DNA of 64,000 bases from Thermodesulfobacteriota bacterium (GTDB taxonomy: Bacteria > Desulfobacterota_D > UBA1144 > Nemesobacterales > UBA2774). Positions 50,812 through 60,176 of this stretch are shown piece by piece. Position numbers and translations under genes: made by a program. Below the pieces are notes generated by a model. The model had not been told where the DNA came from. It searched no databases and worked only from the letters and a program-made list of their open reading frames with translations. The stretch covers positions 1,216,001 through 1,280,000 of the forward strand of contig OZ244197.1 of the NCBI GenBank assembly GCA_965216785.1, written 5' to 3'. Each line of letters opens with the position of its first letter. Position 1 is the first letter of the stretch.

Positions 50812-51321
50812 CTAACTGCCCGGTTCCTTAAAAAGCTCCGGATACTGCTCGTCGATCATTGCCATAAGCTCTTCGTCGAGCCTGCAGCCTGAAAGGGTCA
50901 TTACCTCTGAGAGCTGCTCTATATCGAGCCTGGTGCACCCGCGTAGGTCTGAGTTCCTGAGCTCTGCTTTCCACAGGTTCACAAGCTTCAGATTGGCTCC
51001 TTTTAAGTTTGTGTTTATAAATACAGCTTTTTTTAAATGGGCCCCTTCGAGGTCGGCCCCTTCCATGTTCACGTTCTCTAAATTGGTTTCTTCAAGGTTT
51101 GTTCCGTAGAGCGTAGCGTTTTGAAAATCAGCTCCTTGGAGGTCCTCCCCCTTACAAAACGCAAGCTTCATGTTTGCGTCCTTGAGGTTTATACCCCTCA
51201 TGTCGGTCCCTATAAGGTTAGCCCACGATAGATCGGGTTTAATCTGAGGATTGTCCTCTCTCCACTTATTCCAGGATTCAGCTCCCGATTTTAATATCTT
51301 TTCGTGTTCCCTGTTTGCCAT
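50812..51321 (-). CDS. Pentapeptide-repeat protein
   Basis: WNKWR..NP..PDLS..ANL followed by A(D/N)Lxx repeats. Confidence 0.88.
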   Translation of the reverse strand: MANREHEKILKSGAESWNKWREDNPQIKPDLSWANLIGTDMRGINLKDANMKLAFCKGEDLQGADFQNATLYGTNLEETNLENVNMEGADLEGAHLKKAVFINTNLKGANLKLVNLWKAELRNSDLRGCTRLDIEQLSEVMTLSGCRLDEELMAMIDEQYPELFKEPGS

Positions 51322-51350
51322 GTTCTCTCGGTAAATTTAGAAAGTATGAT

Positions 51351-51533
51351 TTATTCTCCGAATACTTTTATAGCCGAATACAATATGTACGCGGCCATGA
51401 TAATTAAAATCACCCGGGTGAGTAGCCCTTTAAGACCGCCTATCTTTATGCCTATCGGCTCACCGCAATTGGGGCACGTATCGGTCTTAATGCTTATCTC
51501 GTATCCGCACTCGTTGCATTTTGAGGTTTTCAT
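51351..51533 (-). CDS. Zinc-ribbon membrane-anchored small protein
   Basis: CNECG...CPNCG plus C-terminal TM. Confidence 0.7.
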   Translation of the reverse strand: MKTSKCNECGYEISIKTDTCPNCGEPIGIKIGGLKGLLTRVILIIMAAYILYSAIKVFGE

Positions 51534-51536
51534 AAC

Positions 51537-53021
51537 TCACTTTACCCGGCCAAGCGCGGGCGCTATAAGGTGCGGGTGATGACGGCCTATTTCATCCGCA
51601 AGAGTGCGGGTGACGTTCTTGATGTCCCACTGCGCGCCCTCTGACATTCTGAGGTTTACAAGATGGAAGAGCTCCCAGAGATCAAAGCTTCCCAGAAGCC
51701 TTCTGTTATGAGCGTTCGTTACCACGTAGCTTGCCGTAAGCGGAAAGCCCTCTTCCCTTAGCCTGTGGTAGAGCTTCTCGGACTCTTTTACTGCGGTCCT
51801 TAAGTCCCCTGCTATACCGGCGCTCTCAACATTCGGCGGCATAGTTATGCCGTCATACACTCCGGGCTCCTTATATATCCAGTCCGTCTTTCTGTGCCTC
51901 AAGAGCTGATGCCAGCAGGCCTCGCTTATCACAAACTCTGCTTTGTACTGTACGAGCTTAAAAGCGTTAATGGGGTTATCGAATTTCCCAAGTTTCTCTA
52001 TCGACTTTTTCAGTATTTCCAGTTTATACGCACTATCCTTGCCTGTAAGCTTTTTCTCAATCTCGTCGTAGCTTAGATTTGAGTGCTCGAAAAGTATCGC
52101 GCGTACCATCTGATCAAGCGCGGTTCCTTCTGGGCTCTCAGAGTCTTTGCCGGTCCACTCAAGGAGGTTTACCGAAGGCTCCTCAGCCGGGCTTCCCGAT
52201 TTATCCCCCTCATTTAAACTTCCACCAAGCTCTTCGAGTTCAGCTCTTGTCCCGGCGATATATTCATTTTCATTTGCGTACTTAACGAGTGTGGGGACGG
52301 AGAAGCGGACTTCCTCCTTTATTTCCTCGGCGCGCTTCCTCACTTCGGGATATTGACTCGAGAGAAGCTTTGTGAGTGAATCCTCTATAGCCCGGGCGTT
52401 TGCGGTGAGGCCTAGGTTTGTAAAAGTCGCCAGGCTCAGCGCGTAGCGCGCGTCTTCAAACGCGACTTTCTCGAGCGCTCTGTGGTGTATTCGCTCCTCC
52501 GTTCCCTCTTCTGTGGGAACGGTGTCTTTCAGATATTCGAAGAGTGTGTCGTTCAGCCCTGCATATATATCGTAAAGATAGTTATTGAGCTCGATAAAGT
52601 CATTATTTAGTGAAGGCTTCTCACTTAGCTCCTTGGGCAAGTAGAAATCGCCTTTAACGGGTTTTTGGTAACGCTGAGAGTACTCCGTAAACGACATGTA
52701 CTCGTTTGAGAGCTCGAGCACCGATGAAAAGAGCCTGGATACCCTCTCGATTCCCACGTGTACGGCTGCGTGCTCTGCTACGGAGGCGTGGCCGTAGTTA
52801 AGTACCCACTTCTCATGAAATTTAGCGGCCCTTTCCTGACCGAGCTGCTCTTCCTGTATGACCGTGTCTATATTCTCTCTAAATCCTTTGGGACTTCGGC
52901 TTACGTATGCGAATATTACTGCCACTACCTCTTCGGGGATATTGCTTACGGTATATATGTCCCTGTCTGTATTGGATACGTATTTATTTACATCATCTAA
53001 ATTTGATTTTTCCTGTGCCAT
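51537..53021 (-). CDS. thyX: FAD-dependent thymidylate synthase (two-domain ThyX)
   Basis: YGHASVAEHA, EYSQRY, DARY, QLLRHR, AQWDI. Confidence 0.85.
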   Translation of the reverse strand: MAQEKSNLDDVNKYVSNTDRDIYTVSNIPEEVVAVIFAYVSRSPKGFRENIDTVIQEEQLGQERAAKFHEKWVLNYGHASVAEHAAVHVGIERVSRLFSSVLELSNEYMSFTEYSQRYQKPVKGDFYLPKELSEKPSLNNDFIELNNYLYDIYAGLNDTLFEYLKDTVPTEEGTEERIHHRALEKVAFEDARYALSLATFTNLGLTANARAIEDSLTKLLSSQYPEVRKRAEEIKEEVRFSVPTLVKYANENEYIAGTRAELEELGGSLNEGDKSGSPAEEPSVNLLEWTGKDSESPEGTALDQMVRAILFEHSNLSYDEIEKKLTGKDSAYKLEILKKSIEKLGKFDNPINAFKLVQYKAEFVISEACWHQLLRHRKTDWIYKEPGVYDGITMPPNVESAGIAGDLRTAVKESEKLYHRLREEGFPLTASYVVTNAHNRRLLGSFDLWELFHLVNLRMSEGAQWDIKNVTRTLADEIGRHHPHLIAPALGRVK

Positions 53022-53099
53022 TAGTCCTCCTGATATCGGCGCGGGCGGCGAGTAATGCTTGAGTCTCAGAGTTACGGAATCTTATTATACCGGGTCAAG

Positions 53100-53852
53100 C
53101 TAAGTAATAGTAATTCCCTCTTTCATCTTGCTTAAGATGTAGGTGAGCACCTGTCCCGGCGTTCCGTATATTACGGCGTCCACGTAGTCGTCCGCCGGGC
53201 CCTGCTTTTCGCTTATTATAACGACTTTGGCCTCGTTCTCCTTGGCCAGAAAAGGGTATGAGGCAATGGGCTCGTGCTCTAAAGAAGCCCCTGCGATTAA
53301 AAACATATCCGCGTTATGAAGCCTTATCCACGCCTCTCTTGCTTCCCAGTGCGGCAGAGGCTGGCCGGGAAAGGATACGGGGGGCTTGATTTGGTCGCTT
53401 CCGCACTCGGTGCAAAGCGGTATTTCGTTTCCTTTTTCCACAACGCCCAGAATCTCGTGCATCGGGTAGTCCTTCCCGCAGCTCGTGCACGTAGCCCATT
53501 GCATCGAGCTGTTAAGCTCGATCACTGTCGTGCTCCCGGCTCTTAAGTGCAGCCCGTCCGTTGTCTGTGTAAAAATGCAGTCCAGGTTTACGAGCATCTC
53601 AAGCTCCGAAAGAGCTCTGTGGGAGGGTCCGGGCTCTATAGTGGAGACAAGGGGATATATCTCGCTTAATTTTTTCCAGTATTCCTTCCTGACACTTTGG
53701 CTTTCTCTGAAATCTCGTATGTGAGGGTTTAGACGGGGGTCTGACAAGTCCGGCAGTCCCGCTTCCTGAGAGATTTCCGCACCGGTGAGAACTACAATTT
53801 TTTTTGCTTCCTGTAACCAATCGGCAACCGCGGCTGCGGCATCGACTTCCAT
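53100..53852 (-). CDS. Sirtuin (Sir2/CobB)-fold protein with degenerate catalytic motifs
   Basis: VLTGAEIS, TQTTDGLH, IELNSS, CTSC/CTEC zinc site. Confidence 0.82.
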   Translation of the reverse strand: MEVDAAAAVADWLQEAKKIVVLTGAEISQEAGLPDLSDPRLNPHIRDFRESQSVRKEYWKKLSEIYPLVSTIEPGPSHRALSELEMLVNLDCIFTQTTDGLHLRAGSTTVIELNSSMQWATCTSCGKDYPMHEILGVVEKGNEIPLCTECGSDQIKPPVSFPGQPLPHWEAREAWIRLHNADMFLIAGASLEHEPIASYPFLAKENEAKVVIISEKQGPADDYVDAVIYGTPGQVLTYILSKMKEGITIT

Positions 53853-53988
53853 AGTTTATGGATTATACAACCCGGGGCTAACGGATGTCAACGTAGGAGT
53901 GAACTTGCTTAGTGTTACTCAAACATTATGGTGACCATTAGCCCGCAGCATTAGGTAAACTAACGGGAAACGGAGGTTTACCCTGAGC

Positions 53989-54342
53989 ATGGAAGAGAGC
54001 TTGCAGTACAGACCTGAAGAAATTGCCGAGTTTAGCGATACGGCGTTCATGATACACTGGAGCGACGGGCACCAGAGTATCTATCTATATGAAGAGCTTC
54101 GCCAGGAGTGTCCTTGCGCCACATGCAGAGAGCTCAGGAAAAAATCCAAGACCGGAAAGCTCCCGTTCAAAAAGACCATACCTCTGGGGGCTAAAGCAAC
54201 TAACGTCAGGCCTATCAAGATCGATCCCGTAGGTCAGTATGCCTACAAATTCACCTGGAACGATAAGCACGACACGGGAATATACACCTACGAGTTCCTT
54301 AGAAACCTATGCACCTGTGAAGCGTGCCTACCAGAGCGTTAA
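53989..54342 (+). CDS. DUF971 (GBBH-like N-terminal) protein
   Basis: WSDGHQS.Y...LRQECPCATC; VGQYA..FTWND.H.TGIY. Confidence 0.88.
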   Translation: MEESLQYRPEEIAEFSDTAFMIHWSDGHQSIYLYEELRQECPCATCRELRKKSKTGKLPFKKTIPLGAKATNVRPIKIDPVGQYAYKFTWNDKHDTGIYTYEFLRNLCTCEACLPER

Positions 54343-54346
54343 CGCC

Positions 54347-55078
54347 TTATTGTATTTCGAATACCATAGTAACTGACGCGTTTACAGTGAGCTCTCCGGG
54401 CTCTATCGGCGGCGGGGGAGGGGCCGCTTCAGCATACGCCGCTTTTCCCCTGATCGCGTAGTCTCTGTATACGGGCATCGGTATCTCGGACGTGGGTCTG
54501 ATGGAAAGTATCTTTACGATCTTCACACCGGCAGCCCCGGCTACGGTCTCTGCAGTGGCTTTGGCGTCTTTCACGGCCAGCTCGAGCGCGCGTTTTCTGT
54601 AAGCGTCTTTTTCGGTCGTATCGAACGAGAGGCTGTCGATCCTGTTCGATCCCGCTTGCGCAACGCTGTCTATGAGCTTTCCGAGATCATTTAAGTTGTG
54701 GGTTTCAACGATAATTTGATTAGAAGCTGTGTAACCCTTGAACTCGGATTTCTTGGTTTCGTTATTGTATTCGTATACAGGCGACAGCGTATATCCCGCG
54801 GTCGAGATTTTGTCTTTCTCGCCAAGACCTGCTTTAATGACTTCCATAACTTTGTTTGTCTTCTCTGAATTATCTTTAACAGCGCCCTCCGCTGTGTCGG
54901 ACCTGCTGTCTACCGCTATGCTGATACTAGCTTTGTCAGGATTGGCAGTTACTTTCCCCTGCCCCGTAATGCTCAAGGTGTTTTTTTCATATTTACCGTT
55001 CTGTGCGTATGTGCTCGAGAACGCAGTCAGGACGAGAATAAAGCAAATCGCTGCAACAGCCGTAATCTTGAATCTCAT
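54347..55078 (-). CDS. SIMPL/DUF541 periplasmic protein
   Basis: ITGQGKVTANPD, AVKDAKATAE, IEPGELTVNASV. Confidence 0.88.
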   Translation of the reverse strand: MRFKITAVAAICFILVLTAFSSTYAQNGKYEKNTLSITGQGKVTANPDKASISIAVDSRSDTAEGAVKDNSEKTNKVMEVIKAGLGEKDKISTAGYTLSPVYEYNNETKKSEFKGYTASNQIIVETHNLNDLGKLIDSVAQAGSNRIDSLSFDTTEKDAYRKRALELAVKDAKATAETVAGAAGVKIVKILSIRPTSEIPMPVYRDYAIRGKAAYAEAAPPPPPIEPGELTVNASVTMVFEIQ

Positions 55079-55247
55079 TTATCACCTCTTACTAAGTATT
55101 TTTAGAGCTTTTCCAAATCATGCTCATAGTATACGGAATTATCCGTAAAAATTTAATGTGTCTTCACTACGATAATACTACGAACAGGTAGTTGAGATAG
55201 CTCTAATTATTGATTTTCCTACTTCTTAATGATAATTTTGTAGGTCA

Positions 55248-55922
55248 ATGATTGAAAAGAAGCTCAACTATAAATTTAAAGACCGTAAACTCTTAAAGAC
55301 CGCTCTAACACACAGCTCATACGCAAACGAAACCTCTGTCGAGAGTAACGAAAGGCTCGAGTTCCTGGGAGACGCGGTGCTCGGGTTCGTCGTAGCCCGC
55401 GTTTTGTATGACCGCTACCCGGATGCGACCGAGGGTACGCTTTCAAAAATGAGAAGCGCGATTGTAAGCCGCATGAATTTTGCTCACTTTGCCCAGGAGC
55501 TAAAAGTCGATAAGCAATTACTACTTGGGAAAGGAGAAGAGAATACAGGGGGGAGGCTCAGGCAATCGAACCTTGCAGGCGCGTTTGAATCCATAATCGG
55601 GGCTATCTTCATAGACGGCGGGTACAGAAAGGTTTACGGCATAATTACCAAGTTGCTAAAGGACTGCCTTAACGGTGATGAGGAGATATTCAAGGACTAC
55701 AAGACAAGGCTTCAGGAAATAGCTCAGAAAAAGTTCCGGAAAGTGCCAAAATACAAGGTGGTGCTTGAGGAAGGCCCTCCTCACGACAAGTGTTTTCACA
55801 TTGAGGTTAAGCTCGGAAGAAAACTCTTTGGAAAGGGGACGGGAAGGAATAAAAAACAGGCCGAGCAGGAAGCGGCCAAAGAAGGGCTTGAGGCTATCTC
55901 GCTCTTAAAAAAGTTGTCCTGA
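55248..55922 (+). CDS. rnc: Ribonuclease III
   Basis: ALTHSS, NERLEFLGDAVL, dsRBD (DYKTRLQE...KKQAEQEAA). Confidence 0.96.
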   Translation: MIEKKLNYKFKDRKLLKTALTHSSYANETSVESNERLEFLGDAVLGFVVARVLYDRYPDATEGTLSKMRSAIVSRMNFAHFAQELKVDKQLLLGKGEENTGGRLRQSNLAGAFESIIGAIFIDGGYRKVYGIITKLLKDCLNGDEEIFKDYKTRLQEIAQKKFRKVPKYKVVLEEGPPHDKCFHIEVKLGRKLFGKGTGRNKKQAEQEAAKEGLEAISLLKKLS

Positions 55923-55930
55923 TAAAGACG

Positions 55931-57367
55931 CTATTCTTTTTCTTTATTATTAAGCCCAAGCTCATCCATTTTCTTAGACAGAGTGTTTCTATTTATTCCC
56001 AGTATCTGGGCCGCTTTTTTCTTGTTCCCCTTAGTCAGCGTAAGTATTGATTCTATAAGTGGCTTCTCAACTCTCTTGATAACAGTCTCATAAATGTTGC
56101 CGGAGTCCTCCTCGTCCCCGGAACTTAGCAGATACTTAATCTCGTTTGAAATAAGGTTATCGAGTGAGGAGCGGTCTTTTTTAATCCTGCCTTCCAGGTG
56201 AGGGGCGGCTTCGAGAAGTGTTCCTTTAGTGATGATGCTGTCTGAGGACAATACGAGTACGCGCTTAATAATATTTTCGAGCTCCCTTACGTTTCCGGGC
56301 CAATTGTATCCGAGTACCGTGTCTTTGGCCTCATCCGAGAATGTTCTGTTTCCCACGCCGAGCTCTTTTGAGTACTTACTCAGGAAGTGATTGATTAGCG
56401 GAATTACGTCTTCTATTCTATCCCTTAACGGGGGTATCTCGATTGTAATGGCGTTAAGCCTGTAATATAGGTCTTCCCTGAATTTGCCCAGGTTCACCTC
56501 TTCTTCCAGGTCTTTATTGGTAGAGGCTATTATCCTGACGTCCACAGGGGTTGGCCTCTCGCTACCCAGACGGTAGAACTTTCTTTCCTCTAGAATTCTC
56601 AGGAGTTTTGTCTGAAGCTCGGGCGGCATATCACCGATTTCGTCAAGGTGAAGAGTCCCCATGTGAGCCTCCTCAAACCGTCCCTGCTTGGGTAAGGAGG
56701 CTCCGGTAAAAGCCCCCTTCTCATAACCAAAGAGCTCGCTCTCTAGCAGATCTTTAGGGATTGCGGCAATATTTACTGCCACAAGCTTCTCATTTCTCCG
56801 GCTGCTGTTTGAGTGTATGGAGCGCGCGACAAGCTCTTTTCCTGTCCCGCTTTCCCCAACTACCAAAACGGTGATGTCCCGCTCCGCCACACGGCCGATC
56901 ATCTTATAGATATTGAGCATGACCTGGGACTGCCCCACAATATCCTGAAGGGTGTCGGTTTCCCCGCCTTCTTTCCTGAGCATCTGGAGCTTCTTGGTAT
57001 TCTCATAGCTCTCGATTGCTCTTTTGACTGTTATATTTACTTCATCGAGGTCAAAGGGCTTTGCTATGTAGTCATACGCCCCTTCTTTCATAGCGTCTAT
57101 TGCGTTTTTAACAGTGTTCTGGGCTGTGATAATGATTACGGGGGGGTCTATTCCCTCTGCCTTAAGCTCACCCATAACCTCAAACCCGCTCATATCGGGC
57201 ATAGTCAGGTCAAGTATTATTGATGAGAAGTCCTGAGAGCCCGCTTTCTCAATTGCGCTTGCGCCGTCCTCAGCGTACTCTACGGCATATCCCGCTTTCT
57301 GGAGGCTCTTGCCTAGGACCCACCTTATACTCTCTTCATCGTCAACGACCAGTATTTTCCTTTTCAT
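55931..57367 (-). CDS. ntrC: Sigma-54-dependent response regulator (NtrC-type)
   Basis: Receiver domain, GESGTGKE, GAFTGA, Fis HTH (LGINRNTL). Confidence 0.82.
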   Translation of the reverse strand: MKRKILVVDDEESIRWVLGKSLQKAGYAVEYAEDGASAIEKAGSQDFSSIILDLTMPDMSGFEVMGELKAEGIDPPVIIITAQNTVKNAIDAMKEGAYDYIAKPFDLDEVNITVKRAIESYENTKKLQMLRKEGGETDTLQDIVGQSQVMLNIYKMIGRVAERDITVLVVGESGTGKELVARSIHSNSSRRNEKLVAVNIAAIPKDLLESELFGYEKGAFTGASLPKQGRFEEAHMGTLHLDEIGDMPPELQTKLLRILEERKFYRLGSERPTPVDVRIIASTNKDLEEEVNLGKFREDLYYRLNAITIEIPPLRDRIEDVIPLINHFLSKYSKELGVGNRTFSDEAKDTVLGYNWPGNVRELENIIKRVLVLSSDSIITKGTLLEAAPHLEGRIKKDRSSLDNLISNEIKYLLSSGDEEDSGNIYETVIKRVEKPLIESILTLTKGNKKKAAQILGINRNTLSKKMDELGLNNKEKE

Positions 57368-57452
57368 ATCCTCGGTTCAATTTTGCTCGGATTTTAATAT
57401 TGCAATAAAAAGCATGATGTCTTTTAGCCCGGCAGGCTATATTCTCTCACTA

Positions 57453-58520
57453 TTATGAAGCGATAGGGAGATATACCTTAAACACCGTGCCCCTAGCTAC
57501 TTCACTCTCTACAAATATCGCCCCACCGTGCTTTGCTATTATTTGATAAGCCAGAAAAAGGCCCAAGCCCGATCCTTCCTTTTTAGTAGTATAAAAGGGA
57601 TTAAATATTTTATCCAGGCAATCCCCGGATATGCCCGAGCCGCTGTCTCTGATTTCTACAGCCATTGAGTTTTGTCCCTTAAGCTTGTGCTCGGTGATCC
57701 ACCTAGTGGTGATCTCGACTTCACCTTTGCTTTTTATCGCCTGGGAAGCGTTTTTAACGAGGTTCAGAAATACCTGCTTTAACGAGTTTGCGTCTCCCTG
57801 TACGGCAGGGAGCGTGACGTCGTAGTTTTGCTTATATGTAATGCGCTTGTCCGATATGGATTCCAGGTATATGATCTCCATCAGGATTTGGTGAATATCC
57901 ACGGGCTCAATTTCCTCGTCGGCAAAGGGCTCAAGCTGCTTGAGCGTATCAAGGAGAGAGCGCAGTCTGTCGGCTTCTTTTGTGATAATCCCTGCGCATT
58001 CTATGGTCTCTTTATCCTGAGCGTCATTTGCGAGTAACTGCGCCGCGCCCCTGATGCCCGAAAGCGGGTTCTTAAGCTCATGCGCCAAGCCCAGAATAAG
58101 GTTCTCGAACTTTGAAGCGGAAATTTCCTGAATGCTTTTACTGCTGAGGAATTTTGTTCCCACAAGGTTTCTTATCTGCAGAATAACTCCAGATAAAGTC
58201 CCTTTTTTATCAAAAATCGGAGACGCTGCAGACTGAACGGATATTTTGTCGCCGTTTCTTAGCACAGGGTTGAGCTCGTCACTTATAATAGTTCTCTCTT
58301 CCTCAATCGCCATATGGGCAACGTTCTCCACCTCTTCGGGCATAAAGATATTCGAGGGACTGCCGCGCGCTTTCTTTCTGGATATCCTGAAGACGGTCTC
58401 GGCATTATCGTTCATATCGAGCACCGTAAAGTCTTTGTCGAGTATGATTATACTTTCGGGAAGGGAGTCGAATATCTCCTTAAAATCTACTTTCTTCGGT
58501 TTTGCCTCGTTTTTAGCCAT
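57453..58520 (-). CDS. ntrB: PAS sensor histidine kinase (NtrB-type)
   Basis: LAHELKNPLSGIRGAAQLL; N/G/F boxes. Confidence 0.82.
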   Translation of the reverse strand: MAKNEAKPKKVDFKEIFDSLPESIIILDKDFTVLDMNDNAETVFRISRKKARGSPSNIFMPEEVENVAHMAIEEERTIISDELNPVLRNGDKISVQSAASPIFDKKGTLSGVILQIRNLVGTKFLSSKSIQEISASKFENLILGLAHELKNPLSGIRGAAQLLANDAQDKETIECAGIITKEADRLRSLLDTLKQLEPFADEEIEPVDIHQILMEIIYLESISDKRITYKQNYDVTLPAVQGDANSLKQVFLNLVKNASQAIKSKGEVEITTRWITEHKLKGQNSMAVEIRDSGSGISGDCLDKIFNPFYTTKKEGSGLGLFLAYQIIAKHGGAIFVESEVARGTVFKVYLPIAS

Positions 58521-58647
58521 AGCTAGGCTCTTGAACTGTTATGTTTTTACAGTTTGTATGAAATAACCCCTTGGGCATGAGTTGCGGCGGAAGCTATTTA
58601 TCAATTGGACGCATTAGCGCTAGTCATATTAAACTGTAAAAAGGTAC

Positions 58648-59967
58648 TTATTGAACCTCCTCGATTCTTATAAACGTGGTCTTAGAGTTGTTGTTTAAGA
58701 AGGAGTTCGTTTCCTTGATAGCCGAAAGAAGGTCCTTCTCCCTGGCCTCGTGTGTCATAATTACCACAGGGACGTCTCCCCCACCGAAGTGTCTTCCTTT
58801 TTGTATCACAGATTCTATACTAATGCCGTATTTCCCCAGACACCCCGTAATTTTCCCCAGCACTCCGGGGCTGTCTTCCGCCTGAAACCTGAGGTAGTAC
58901 TTGTTTGTCGTATCGCCCATTTTTATAAGGGGCTGGGTTTTTGTGTTATCATAGAACCTGGGGACTGAATTGTTTGCGTTCTCAGAATTTTTTTGTTTTG
59001 CTCCGATCTCTTTTGCTATCTGAATCGCGTCGCTCACTACGGCGCTCGCGGTAGGCATCATGCCGGCTCCCATACCATAGAGCATCGTCGGGCCTACAGC
59101 GTCCCCCACGACGTATATAGCGTTAAAGGCGTCAGACACATCGGCGAGCTGCGTGCCCTTTCTGACAAGCGCCGGGTACACCCCGGCTTCAATTCCATTG
59201 TCTTTGGATTTAGCGATCGCAAGGAGCTTGATTTTATATCCAAGCTCGTCCGCGAAAGATATATCGAGGGGCGTGATCCCCCGTATCCCTTCGACGTGAA
59301 TCTTCCCGAAGTCGAGGAAAATACCGAATGAGAGCATAATTAATATGGACAGCTTGTGCGCGGCGTCTACGCCGTCAATATCAAATGACGGGTCTGCTTC
59401 CGCGTACCCCTCATCTTGAGCCTGCTTGAGCACGTCTTCAAACTCAGAGCCTTCGTCTGTCATTTTGGACAGTATGTAATTCGAAGTGCCGTTCATGATT
59501 CCGTGGATCGAGAGTATATTGTTTGCGGCATAACCGACTTGAGCTGATTTTATAATCGGTATACCGCCGCCTACGCTCGCCTCGAACCCGACTTCCACAC
59601 CCTTCTTAGATGCAAGGGCGAATATGGCCTTGCCGTGGTGCGCGAGTAGCGCTTTGTTTGCCGTGACCACGTGCTTTCCACTCTGTAGCGCGCCCATCAC
59701 AAAATCCTTTGCGATCTTCGTGCCGCCGACAAGCTCGATTATTATATCGATCGACTCGTCTTCCAAGAGCTCGCTTGCGTCTGTCGTCAGCTTTTTCTTT
59801 GGCAGCCTTACCGGTCTTTTCCTTTCGGGGTCGTTATCCGCAATCCTCTTCAGATTGAGCTTTACGCCGGTTCTTTTCTCTATAATATCTTTATTTTGAT
59901 TCAGTATCTTAATGACGCCCGAGCCTACTGTGCCCGCGCCTATTAGGCCAATATTCACTACACTCAT
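58648..59967 (-). CDS. hom: Homoserine dehydrogenase (ACT domain)
   Basis: GAGTVG, VVTANK, EASVGGGIP, GYAEADP. Confidence 0.95.
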   Translation of the reverse strand: MSVVNIGLIGAGTVGSGVIKILNQNKDIIEKRTGVKLNLKRIADNDPERKRPVRLPKKKLTTDASELLEDESIDIIIELVGGTKIAKDFVMGALQSGKHVVTANKALLAHHGKAIFALASKKGVEVGFEASVGGGIPIIKSAQVGYAANNILSIHGIMNGTSNYILSKMTDEGSEFEDVLKQAQDEGYAEADPSFDIDGVDAAHKLSILIMLSFGIFLDFGKIHVEGIRGITPLDISFADELGYKIKLLAIAKSKDNGIEAGVYPALVRKGTQLADVSDAFNAIYVVGDAVGPTMLYGMGAGMMPTASAVVSDAIQIAKEIGAKQKNSENANNSVPRFYDNTKTQPLIKMGDTTNKYYLRFQAEDSPGVLGKITGCLGKYGISIESVIQKGRHFGGGDVPVVIMTHEAREKDLLSAIKETNSFLNNNSKTTFIRIEEVQ

Positions 59968-60030
59968 ATATACTTCTCCTTAGCTCTGTTTAGCATTCTT
60001 GATTAAACGGGAAATTATACATTATTATAT

Positions 60031-60059
60031 TTGACTTTAAACGAAACCGCACTTAAATT
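60031..60059 (+). promoter_or_regulatory. Sigma70-type promoter for tRNA-Ala
   Basis: TTGACT-N17-TAAATT, 14 bp upstream of the tRNA. Confidence 0.6.
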
Positions 60060-60073
60060 TAATGTCACCCCGT

Positions 60074-60149
60074 GGGGCCGTAGCTCAGTTGGGAGAGCGC
60101 ATGAATGGCATTCATGAGGTCGAGGGTTCGAATCCCTTCGGCTCCACCA
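60074..60149 (+). tRNA. tRNA-Ala(GGC)
   Basis: 76-nt cloverleaf, G3:U70 acceptor pair, anticodon arm CATGA-ATGGCAT-TCATG, GTTCGAATC T-loop, encoded CCA. Confidence 0.97.
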
Positions 60150-60176
60150 TTAATTTCAGTAACTTACAACACCCGT

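Noticed and set aside
50812-51321. Pentapeptide protein as Qnr-type resistance or TIR-fused effector
   Set aside because: Short generic repeats with no fused domain or diagnostic Qnr features
53100-53852. Sir2 gene as a defence NADase (Thoeris/DSR-like)
   Set aside because: CobB-type with zinc finger, core-like composition, housekeeping context and degenerate NAD site
58571-58587. TGGGCATGAGTTGC as a sigma-54 promoter near ntrB
   Set aside because: GG-to-GC spacing is 9 rather than 10, and it points away from ntrB
60-59899. Numerous short antisense or alternate-frame ORFs in the track (e.g. 60-323, 12891-13238, 30410-30898, 56813-57223)
   Set aside because: They overlap well-supported genes and have shadow-ORF composition
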